Assembly (NCBI GenBank): GCA_045566035.1
Contig: JBJLEI010000016.1
Span: forward strand, 1,923-65,922
Length of the DNA stretch: 64,000 nucleotides
Source of the DNA: Pontiellaceae bacterium
GTDB lineage: Bacteria; Verrucomicrobiota; Kiritimatiellia; Kiritimatiellales; Pontiellaceae
Direction: 5' to 3'
The position numbers were made by a program, and so were the translations under genes. Shown in pieces: positions 39,429-48,468 of this stretch (its first letter is position 1; each line of letters starts with the position of its first letter). The notes beneath the pieces were generated by a model. It was not told the origin of the DNA. It did no database searches and worked only from the letters and a program-made list of their open reading frames with translations.

Positions 39429-39519
39429 AAATAAAATCCACTTAAATCTTTTTTATGAATAAATTAAGTTTGTTGATAAATCAAACCTTAATTAGGTAAA
39501 TAAGTACTTATTTTATGTA

Positions 39520-41133
39520 TTAACGATTCTGTTTATAAAAAGAAAGAAGTGATTCTGTAGAACTATCATGCGATTTTACTGACTCATCCTTTAATTCATT
39601 TAATATTTCATTTGCTAAAATTTTACCTAACTCAACTCCCCATTGATCAAATGAGAAAATATCCCATATAATACCCTGTACAAATATTTTATGTTCATAT
39701 AATGCAATTAATTGTCCGAGGATCGATGGGGTTAATTTTTCTGCTAATATAGTATTAGTTGGTCGATTTCCATCAAATACCTTATGAGGTATTAATATTT
39801 CATTAATACCCTCTTTTTTTAATTCATCTTTTTGTTTACCAAAAGCAAGTGCTTTTGTCTGAGCAAAAAAGTTTGCCATTAATTTATCATGATGATCGTT
39901 TAAAGGATTATGTGACTTGCAAAATCCAATGAAATCGCATGGAATTAATCGTGTTCCTTGATGAATTAATTGATAAAAAGCATGCTGTCCATTTGTCCCA
40001 GCTTCCCCCCATATAATCGGTCCTGTAGTCCAATCAACACGCTCTCCATAACGGCTGGTACTTTTTCCATTAGATTCCATATCTCCTTGTTGAAAATAAG
40101 CAGGAAAATATTGTAAATATTGGTCATAAGGAAGAATTGCATGAGATTCTGCTCCGTAAAAATTATGATACCAAATACCAATTAGACCTAAAATTACAGG
40201 CATATTTTTTTCTAGATCTGTTTCTTTAAAGTGTTGATCCATTTTATGAAAACCACTTAGCATCTCATTAAATGATTTATAACCGATTGCAATCATTAAA
40301 GATAATCCAACGGATGAAGTAAGAGAATAACGACCACCAACCCAATCCCAGAACTCAAACATATTTTCTAAATCAATACCGAAATCTTTTACATTTTCCT
40401 CATTTGTTGAGACTGCAACAAAATGATTAGCAACAGCTTCTTTAGATTGTAAATTCTCAATTAACCAATCACGTGCTGAAAATGCATTAGTCATTGTCTC
40501 TTGAGTAGTAAAAGTTTTTGAAGCAATAATAAATAGAGTCTCTTCAGGGTTTATCTTTTTTAAAACCTCAGCAATATGTGTTCCGTCTATATTTGACACA
40601 AAATAAAAATCTATCTCATTTGTTGCATATGGTTTTAATGACTCGTATGCCATCATTGGACCTAAATCCGAACCACCTATTCCAATATTAACAACTGATT
40701 TAATTCTTTTTTCTGTATAACCTTTCCACTCACCAGAACGAATCTTTTCAGTAAATTCCTTCATCCTATCTAATACGGAATGAACTAGAGAGCTTATATT
40801 TTCTCCATCAAAATTAATATCTATACCTTTAGGCGCTCTCAAGGCCGTATGTAAAACGGCTCTATTTTCAGTGATATTAATCCTTTTTCCTGAGAACATA
40901 TCGTTAATATGTTTTTCTAAATTAGAAGAACGAGCGAGATTGAATAGTAAGCTTAATGTCTTATCCGATATAATGTTCTTAGAATAATCTAAGAATAAAT
41001 CATTTGATTTAACAGAAAAGTTTTTTGCTCTATTTTGATCTATGAATAAATCTCTTAAGTGAACACGATGAACATCATTATAATGTTCAAGTAATGACTG
41101 CCATTCCTTTTTTTTATTTAACTTATCTGTCAT
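39520..41133 (-). CDS. pgi: Glucose-6-phosphate isomerase
   Basis: [43 protein letters not shown] and DQWGVELGK motifs. Confidence 0.98.
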   Translation of the reverse strand: MTDKLNKKKEWQSLLEHYNDVHRVHLRDLFIDQNRAKNFSVKSNDLFLDYSKNIISDKTLSLLFNLARSSNLEKHINDMFSGKRINITENRAVLHTALRAPKGIDINFDGENISSLVHSVLDRMKEFTEKIRSGEWKGYTEKRIKSVVNIGIGGSDLGPMMAYESLKPYATNEIDFYFVSNIDGTHIAEVLKKINPEETLFIIASKTFTTQETMTNAFSARDWLIENLQSKEAVANHFVAVSTNEENVKDFGIDLENMFEFWDWVGGRYSLTSSVGLSLMIAIGYKSFNEMLSGFHKMDQHFKETDLEKNMPVILGLIGIWYHNFYGAESHAILPYDQYLQYFPAYFQQGDMESNGKSTSRYGERVDWTTGPIIWGEAGTNGQHAFYQLIHQGTRLIPCDFIGFCKSHNPLNDHHDKLMANFFAQTKALAFGKQKDELKKEGINEILIPHKVFDGNRPTNTILAEKLTPSILGQLIALYEHKIFVQGIIWDIFSFDQWGVELGKILANEILNELKDESVKSHDSSTESLLSFYKQNR

Positions 41134-41232
41134 AATAATTTTCTGATTAAAATTTAAATTGAGTAAAAAAAATCTATTTTATTTAAAATGTAATTAAAGA
41201 TACTATAGTAAAGATATATCTTAAGGAGTAAT

Positions 41233-43338
41233 TTGTTTAAAAGTAAATTTAATTTAACTATCATTTTCATTTTAATTGTATCTCATTTGTCTATTTCTGA
41301 GATCGAAAAATCTGATATTGATACATCTAGAATAAGCAGAAAAGTTGCTTATACATTACCAGCATTACATTTAAACCGACTTCCATTAGATGAATATATC
41401 TCAACAAATGCTTTTATAAACTTCTTGGATACACTAGATCCTTCTCATTGTTATTTTTTAGAAGAAGATATTAATAAACTAAAAGATCATTTCCCTGAAC
41501 TGCATTATAACATAAGAAAAGGTGATACATCGTTTGCTACTCAAGCTTATGAAATCTTAACAAATAGAATGAATGATAGATTAATCTATACAGAAAAACT
41601 TATAGATAATGGTTTTAATACATCTATAGATGAAAATTTTCTATGGGATCGTTCCGACTCACTCTGGCCAGAAAATAAATCTGAATGGGATCATATTTGG
41701 CGAAAAAAAATAAAAAATGAATATATTGGCAGAATCGTAGCAGATAGCATTAATGAGGATTATGTTGAATTAGATATGGATGGAAGCTCAACAAATTTAA
41801 ATGATACCTCAATAAGCGATATTGATTTAGAACCTAAAGAATTCATATTAGATCGTTATAAGCAAATTGTTGATACCATGAGTTCGTTAGATAATGAAAT
41901 GCTTTTACAGCGATATTTATCCTCTTTCTCAAGAATATATGATCCGCATAGTGATTATTTATCTCCGAGCAATGTAGAAGATTTTGATATAAATATGAAG
42001 TTATCTCTAGTTGGTATTGGAGCAATGTTAAGTCTAGATGATGGTACAGCAAAAATTGTTCGTTTAATACCTGGTGGTCCTGCTGAAAAAGATGGACGAT
42101 TAAATCCTGGTGATAAAATTATTGCTGTTGCGCAAGGAGAAGAAGAAGCTCAAAATATTATGCACTGGCCTCTTTATAAAGCAGTCAGATTGATCCGAGG
42201 TAAGAAAGATTCGAAAGTTATTTTAACTATTATACCTAAAACAGATAAGTCTGGGACTCAAACAAAAAAAATTGATCTAATTAGAGATGAAGTAAAATTA
42301 GAGGAGCAAGCGGCAAAAAGCGATTTATATGATTTTAAAACAAGTTCTGAAAAGAATCACCGTATTGGTGTAATTGAACTACCCGGCTTTTATGTTGACT
42401 TTAAAGCTACAAATGCAAGAGATCGAAATGCTAGAAGGTCTGCGAATGATGTTAGAAATCTTATAAATGAGCTTGCTGATGAAGAAATTGATGGATTAAT
42501 TTTAGATTTAAGAAATAATGGTGGTGGCTCCTTAATAGAAGCTATTGAAATTGCAGGATTATTTATTACTTCAGGTCCTATTGTTCAAGTTAGAGACTCT
42601 CGTTCAACCCAAATTCTTCCGGATATAGACCCAATTATTGAATATGATGGACCCCTAATTGTACTTGTTAACCGATTAAGCGCATCAGCATCAGAAATTT
42701 TAGCTGCAGCAATGCAAGACTACAAAAGAGCTATTATTATTGGAGATGAGCACACACATGGAAAAGGTACAGTTCAAACACTAAGACCATTAGGAGATAG
42801 AAAGGGTTCATTAAAAATCACTACATCAAGTTATTACAGAATTAATGGTGGTTCAACCCAGATTAAAGGAGTTACTCCAGATATTATCATCCCTTCCTTT
42901 TATGATGTGATGGAGACAGGAGAAAAAGAATTAGATTATGCACTTCCATGGGATACCATTAGACCAGTTTATTATAAATCTAGTGAAGGTTTTGATAATA
43001 TTCTTCCAACTCTAATTAAATCTTCTGAAGACAGAAGAAGTAAAAATTCTGAATTCCAATCTTTTTTAAAGCAAAGAAAGCGACTAAAAGAACGTTATGC
43101 ATTAAAAAGTGTATCACTTGTTTTAACGAATCGATTAGCAGAAGCTGAAATAGAGACAGAACTTGATAAAATATTAGAGAGTCAACTTTCAGATGAAGAA
43201 GAAAATTCTTCAGAAAACTCTGGAGTATCTAAGGTTAAAGATTTAGATGATGCAGATATGACTCTCAATGAGACATTATTAATATTTAGTGACTGGTTAG
43301 AACTTCTAGATAATAATTCGATTAGCCAGATTGATTAA
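41233..43338 (+). CDS. prc: Carboxy-terminal processing (tail-specific) protease, S41 family
   Basis: DPHSDY, GIGA (PDZ), DLRNNGGGSL, SASASEI, GKGTVQ and NGGSTQ..GV.PDI motifs. Confidence 0.93.
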   Translation: MFKSKFNLTIIFILIVSHLSISEIEKSDIDTSRISRKVAYTLPALHLNRLPLDEYISTNAFINFLDTLDPSHCYFLEEDINKLKDHFPELHYNIRKGDTSFATQAYEILTNRMNDRLIYTEKLIDNGFNTSIDENFLWDRSDSLWPENKSEWDHIWRKKIKNEYIGRIVADSINEDYVELDMDGSSTNLNDTSISDIDLEPKEFILDRYKQIVDTMSSLDNEMLLQRYLSSFSRIYDPHSDYLSPSNVEDFDINMKLSLVGIGAMLSLDDGTAKIVRLIPGGPAEKDGRLNPGDKIIAVAQGEEEAQNIMHWPLYKAVRLIRGKKDSKVILTIIPKTDKSGTQTKKIDLIRDEVKLEEQAAKSDLYDFKTSSEKNHRIGVIELPGFYVDFKATNARDRNARRSANDVRNLINELADEEIDGLILDLRNNGGGSLIEAIEIAGLFITSGPIVQVRDSRSTQILPDIDPIIEYDGPLIVLVNRLSASASEILAAAMQDYKRAIIIGDEHTHGKGTVQTLRPLGDRKGSLKITTSSYYRINGGSTQIKGVTPDIIIPSFYDVMETGEKELDYALPWDTIRPVYYKSSEGFDNILPTLIKSSEDRRSKNSEFQSFLKQRKRLKERYALKSVSLVLTNRLAEAEIETELDKILESQLSDEEENSSENSGVSKVKDLDDADMTLNETLLIFSDWLELLDNNSISQID

Positions 43339-44383
43339 CAAATAATGTTCTTGTTGGAAAAGCGAATTCGATTCCTGCACTATTAAACTGTTTCAAAATT
43401 TCAATATTTACTTTTTCTGCATACTTCATATAAGCCCAGTAATCAGCAGGATGGAACCAGTATATTGCAATTAAATCCAAGGATGATGCATTATAATCCT
43501 TAAAAAATACTTTTGGTGGAAAATTCTTATTCTGTCCTTCATGATCAACTAATATATCAGAAATAATTTTTATAGCCTCTTCAACCTTTTCAGGTTTTGT
43601 GTCATATGTAACACCAATCTCTATAACTCGCTTAATGTAAGGTCTTTTATCAATATTCTCTATCATTTGGCTTGCAAGTTCTCCGTTAGGTATAGTTACT
43701 AAATGTCCATCTAGCGTTCTAATTCTAGTTGACCTAAAACCAACCTCTTCAACAAATCCGTCATAATCACTAACACAAATTCTTTCACCAAGCTCAAATG
43801 GCTTATCGGTAAAAATAATCAATGATCCAAAAAAGTTTTTTATAGCTTCTTGAGCAGCTAATGCTACAGCAAGACCGCCGACACCTAATCCGGCTAAGAT
43901 AGAGGTTATAGGTTTATCACTTAATACTTGCGCGATTTGCACAAATACCAGGACCACTACAACTACTCGGAGAGTTTTTCTTACCATTGGAGCAACCATA
44001 TCATCTAATGTTGTAGATGTTTTTTTGGTTAAATTAATTAATAAATGATCTATGACATTAATTAATGAATAGATAAAAAAGCCTATAGAAATAATAAATA
44101 GAACTGATAATACGTCCGAAAAAAGTCCATCTAATGAGACAGATAAATCGAGTTGTCCAAAGCTAATTTTTAAACCAATAACCAGAAAAAGAAATGGTAT
44201 AGGACGAGCAATCGAAATAAATAAAACTTTTGATATCGATAGGAGACCAAGTTCTTCTACTTCATTACCCATTGATTTCTTTGATTTTGCAAAAATCTTT
44301 AATGTGAACTGTAAAAGATATCCTAATAAGATCGAACCTATAAGCCATCCTAAAAAAGGAATCCAATTGTTTAAATTAATCAT
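43322..44383 (-). CDS. mscS: Small-conductance mechanosensitive channel (MscS family)
   Basis: LAGLGVGGLAVALAAQ...NFFG, KPF..G, G.VE.VG.RSTRIRT.DG and GIEFAFP motifs. Confidence 0.9.
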   Translation of the reverse strand: MINLNNWIPFLGWLIGSILLGYLLQFTLKIFAKSKKSMGNEVEELGLLSISKVLFISIARPIPFLFLVIGLKISFGQLDLSVSLDGLFSDVLSVLFIISIGFFIYSLINVIDHLLINLTKKTSTTLDDMVAPMVRKTLRVVVVVLVFVQIAQVLSDKPITSILAGLGVGGLAVALAAQEAIKNFFGSLIIFTDKPFELGERICVSDYDGFVEEVGFRSTRIRTLDGHLVTIPNGELASQMIENIDKRPYIKRVIEIGVTYDTKPEKVEEAIKIISDILVDHEGQNKNFPPKVFFKDYNASSLDLIAIYWFHPADYWAYMKYAEKVNIEILKQFNSAGIEFAFPTRTLFVNQSG

Positions 44384-44470
44384 AACTAAATCCTAATAAT
44401 AAATACGGTATTTATATAAATAGCTTTAAAGAAATTGTAATACTATAATAAAAATAAGTTTTCTAAATTT

Positions 44471-45475
44471 TTATTTTTTATAAATCGGACTTTCCGCCTG
44501 CATTTCTTTTGCATTTGGATACTCCAAATAAAATTCTCTAATAATGGTAGCAAAAATATTTTTTAATGTTGTATTAATTTCAATAACACCAGTATTTGGC
44601 ATAACTTTAATTAACCTTTCAATTAATAAATCTTGAGGTGAAAGAAGTCGTGAAACCCATGATAATAATAAATTTTTATCAATAAATTTTGGCAAAGAGC
44701 TAAGAATTCCTAAATCATTCTCATTATGTGATAATAACCCAACAGTTGTTCCTCTATCTAATAGAAGAACCTGGAAAAAATATAAAGTATGATAAGCTAA
44801 TTGTATATTTTTCTCATTTGATATTACTGGTTTAAGATTATTCTTCTTTGAATTTATAATACCTAAATACGTTGTAATAACATGCATACCAAATAGTTCA
44901 GCAAACCTTAAATCTTCGTCAAAATTATCTGTTTTATGATTTTCTAAATAAAAATGGGATACGCCCCTACAACGATCAAGTGCTGGTATATAAAAATATT
45001 TATTTCCTACTTCAAAAGATTTATCTACATAATTTGGCGCAATTTTTCTTAACATATCATTAAATACATCCGTATCTTCCCTATTTGGTATAGATGGATT
45101 AAGATCAGCCATAATTCTCCAATAGTACCTATTATCAAATTTTGTCATTAAACTAATATGCATATGTAGGGATGGCATTATAGGATGTAATGGATGAATA
45201 ATAGACGATAATGCTGTTGCTGAACTTATATTTTTATTCTCAGGTTTTTGATAATGCACTTGAGATACATTTATTGATGCACTCATAAGATGATTTGCTG
45301 CAGGAAAGTTTAATCTTTCACCACCTCCATTTTTTCCTTTATTTCGGAACCACATATGCAAACATTTATCAGACTCGTCAAATGCTTCTAATCCTCTGGC
45401 AAAGCGTTTTTGAAGTCCTAATAGAATATTTCTACACGATATTGCTTCTGGTAGATTAGATAATATAAAATTCAT
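44471..45475 (-). CDS. hemF: Oxygen-dependent coproporphyrinogen III oxidase-like protein (divergent)
   Basis: W.R..G..GGG, SINVSQVH, S.IIHP.HP..PS.HMH, DLNP, YFYIP...R.RGV and L.DRGT..GL motifs. Confidence 0.72.
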   Translation of the reverse strand: MNFILSNLPEAISCRNILLGLQKRFARGLEAFDESDKCLHMWFRNKGKNGGGERLNFPAANHLMSASINVSQVHYQKPENKNISSATALSSIIHPLHPIMPSLHMHISLMTKFDNRYYWRIMADLNPSIPNREDTDVFNDMLRKIAPNYVDKSFEVGNKYFYIPALDRCRGVSHFYLENHKTDNFDEDLRFAELFGMHVITTYLGIINSKKNNLKPVISNEKNIQLAYHTLYFFQVLLLDRGTTVGLLSHNENDLGILSSLPKFIDKNLLLSWVSRLLSPQDLLIERLIKVMPNTGVIEINTTLKNIFATIIREFYLEYPNAKEMQAESPIYKK

Positions 45476-45515
45476 ATTATGAATATATGTTGATCTATAT
45501 TTTTTAACAATAAAA

Positions 45516-47636
45516 CTATTTTGTTATCCATGATCTAACTTCACTAGTTAGAGGAAGTATATCCATAATAGATGCTTCGCCATCAGGAAGAGTTACTTTC
45601 TCATCTACTTTTAAACCTAGTAATGCTTTTGCTAATCTAGTTTCTGAAGAAATAATATTCAAGTCATCATCTTGATCCCATATACCTAGAATAAAATATA
45701 TAAATTCTGATCCATCTGTCATTCTTAGCTTAACACCAGAACCAATTCTAACCTCATCTGTTTTACTTTCTTTAAAATCAGTTGGTTTAATAATTTCTAA
45801 CTCTTCAGCTAACTTGGCACCTTGCGCCATTAATAACGCCTGCCTTTCCTTAGCATATTTAAATTCTGCATTTTCTTTTAAATCACCATAACTTCTTGCT
45901 AATTCTATCTCTTTTGAGTTTTCTGGAATATCCACTTTCATAATTTTTTCGAGTTGTCTCTGTCTTTCTCTAAACATTCTAGATGAAGTAAAAGGTATCT
46001 CTTTTTTAACTTGTACAGAACCAGTTGGTACAACAATATCCTGTAAATTTGGATACTTTCGTAAAACTTTTGCCATTAATGATTTTCTATCTAAAGACTC
46101 CCAACCATGACCCTCATGAATTCGGCGCATAAAATCTCTTCTTTGCTGTTCTGTCATATCTGACATTACGTCATATAACCAATCTTGATTCTGAAATCTT
46201 TCTCTTAATTGATTTTGGGATTTAAGAAGTATACCTGATAAATTTTGCTCTAAAACCTCTTGGATACGGAAAGCTAAATCACTTTTCGAAATTAAAGACC
46301 ACTCATTTAAAACAGCATCTGTTTTTTGACACCAGAGCAACATGGATGAACTTGCTTTTCTTCTTGCTAGAGAAGATGAAATTATTTGTTTCACTTCATC
46401 TATTTCATTATGACGAATTAATGATGACATTATTTCATTAAGAACTGAGTATCCAACTGTTGGAATAATTCTCTTAAGCCTTGTAATAACAGCTTCCTTA
46501 TCATTCTCAATTAAGATAGATAATAATGTTTCAAGCTGCCTACTTGGTAATCGATCCAACATTCCACTTAAATCATCTTCAATTAATTTATGAAGGATTT
46601 TATCAATATCTAAACCATCTGGATTAATGTTAAATAATCTACCAAATATAAAACCCTCTGCTTTCCATTCAGGTTTTAATTTTGGCGAACCTTTAATAAT
46701 ATAAGCTAATCTATTACTTAAAACATTTTTTGCTATATCGGATTCAATATTTATTTTTCTTTCAATAATTTCTTTAAAGCGATCAAATAATCTTTCGATA
46801 TCATTTTCTTTATTGAGCTTTTCAAACCAAACATCATCGTAACTGTTTGATAATCCTTCATACAATTCGATAAAGTCCGTTCGCTTCTTTGGGATTTCTA
46901 TACTTGCATCTGATTTTAATTTCTTTCGTGCAGCATCCCAAAATCTTTTCCATTCTTTCTCAGAAATCACATCAGGAACAAGTCGATCAATTAATCTTGC
47001 AACTGTCATATTTCCATAACTTTTTAATGATAAACGAATGACTTCACCGGGTTCTTTTTTGATCATATTATTTAAAGAATCTGGGTTATTATATTTTATA
47101 GATAAAATATGATCTTCTGGAATTATTTGTAATGCTTCTGCTGCATAATTAAATGCTAAAATATGATCTTTCTTATTGTCAAAATCTACAACAAGCTCGT
47201 TATAAAAATAATCTACCTCGTTAATAACACCAAAACCCCATGTTTCGTGATAGCAAAGAATTTCTTCTTTCAATCTTCGTAAATAGTGCAATTTATCAAA
47301 ACATAAATTTAATGAATTCTCTTCTTCAAAACCTGCCGGTTTAATTAATTTAAGTGAGTTTTTATCACTTTCAAAAAGTTTTTTTAATTTGTTTATTATT
47401 TGGGCTTGATCCTTAAAAGCTGGATTAAGTGAAATCCATTGTAAAACGTATATTCCTTCATCAATTCTATTATTATCATTTAAAAAATCTACTAAGGAAA
47501 AAGCACTGTCAATGTCTTCAGTTTTAGAGTTGATTTTAGAAATATTAATAAAACTATTTTTTAATAATTGTATTTCTATCTCATCATTATTCTTTTGATC
47601 ATCAAACCATGTCTTATCTATAATTAAATTTTCCAC
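45516..47636 (-). CDS. greA: Transcription elongation factor GreA with long N-terminal extension (Chlamydia/PVC type)
   Basis: C-terminal IPENSKEIE.ARSYGDLKENAEFK.AKE and ILG.WD....IIS motifs; HETWGFG and W..FWD.ARKKLK in the N-terminal extension; GTG start. Confidence 0.9.
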   Translation of the reverse strand: MENLIIDKTWFDDQKNNDEIEIQLLKNSFINISKINSKTEDIDSAFSLVDFLNDNNRIDEGIYVLQWISLNPAFKDQAQIINKLKKLFESDKNSLKLIKPAGFEEENSLNLCFDKLHYLRRLKEEILCYHETWGFGVINEVDYFYNELVVDFDNKKDHILAFNYAAEALQIIPEDHILSIKYNNPDSLNNMIKKEPGEVIRLSLKSYGNMTVARLIDRLVPDVISEKEWKRFWDAARKKLKSDASIEIPKKRTDFIELYEGLSNSYDDVWFEKLNKENDIERLFDRFKEIIERKINIESDIAKNVLSNRLAYIIKGSPKLKPEWKAEGFIFGRLFNINPDGLDIDKILHKLIEDDLSGMLDRLPSRQLETLLSILIENDKEAVITRLKRIIPTVGYSVLNEIMSSLIRHNEIDEVKQIISSSLARRKASSSMLLWCQKTDAVLNEWSLISKSDLAFRIQEVLEQNLSGILLKSQNQLRERFQNQDWLYDVMSDMTEQQRRDFMRRIHEGHGWESLDRKSLMAKVLRKYPNLQDIVVPTGSVQVKKEIPFTSSRMFRERQRQLEKIMKVDIPENSKEIELARSYGDLKENAEFKYAKERQALLMAQGAKLAEELEIIKPTDFKESKTDEVRIGSGVKLRMTDGSEFIYFILGIWDQDDDLNIISSETRLAKALLGLKVDEKVTLPDGEASIMDILPLTSEVRSWITK

Positions 47637-47750
47637 AAGTCTATCTCCATAAATTAAAGTCGGGAAACATACTCTTTTTTTTATCTTATAGGAAATAATT
47701 TCATCAGAAACTAGTGCATAGTTACAAAATATCTATATAAATAAGGGGTA

Positions 47751-48404
47751 ATGATTAAAATAAAAACATTTGAATCTACAGATAATCTTTATACTGAGGT
47801 AAAAAAAGTATTAAAAGTCACTCTTACGCAAATAGGACAGTTGATGTTAAGTGGTGGTAAAACACCATATAAAATATATAATGAGATAGGTATAGAAAAA
47901 TACGTGGTAAACCCAAACTGTACAATTTTTTTAAGTGATGAACGATGTGTTCCCCCTGATTCTACATATAATAACTCTTTTAACTTACTACCTATGTTAA
48001 ACGCACTAAAAATTAGGAGTCAATTTATTCAAATTAGAACTGATATTAGCCCTAAAGAAGCATCATTAATATATAATGATGAATTAAAAAAAATGAATAA
48101 TATAAATCTCGGACTGCTTGGAATTGGATTGGATGGTCACACAGCCGGGATTTTTTCAAAAAAAGATATAATTAATTCTAAGACATTATCTCAATATTGC
48201 ATAAGACCCGATGGGTATCATGGTGTAAGTGTAAGTACATCATTAATACAAAAAATTGATAAAATTATTATAATTGCAACTGGAAATGAAAAAAAATCTA
48301 TTCTTCAAAGATTAAAAAATGATCCTGAATCAATACCAGCCGGAATAATAATGAAATCTCATAAAAATGCAGAAGTCTGGACGGATATTATATTAAAAGA
48401 TTAA
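47751..48404 (+). CDS. pgl: 6-phosphogluconolactonase
   Basis: LSGGKTP, DERCVP...S..N, LLGIG.DGHTA.IF and G..K motifs. Confidence 0.88.
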   Translation: MIKIKTFESTDNLYTEVKKVLKVTLTQIGQLMLSGGKTPYKIYNEIGIEKYVVNPNCTIFLSDERCVPPDSTYNNSFNLLPMLNALKIRSQFIQIRTDISPKEASLIYNDELKKMNNINLGLLGIGLDGHTAGIFSKKDIINSKTLSQYCIRPDGYHGVSVSTSLIQKIDKIIIIATGNEKKSILQRLKNDPESIPAGIIMKSHKNAEVWTDIILKD

Positions 48405-48468
48405 TTTTAAATATTGTCGCTTGTATTATTTAATTCGTGTATTACACATAACTCTTTCGGAAAAAAAA

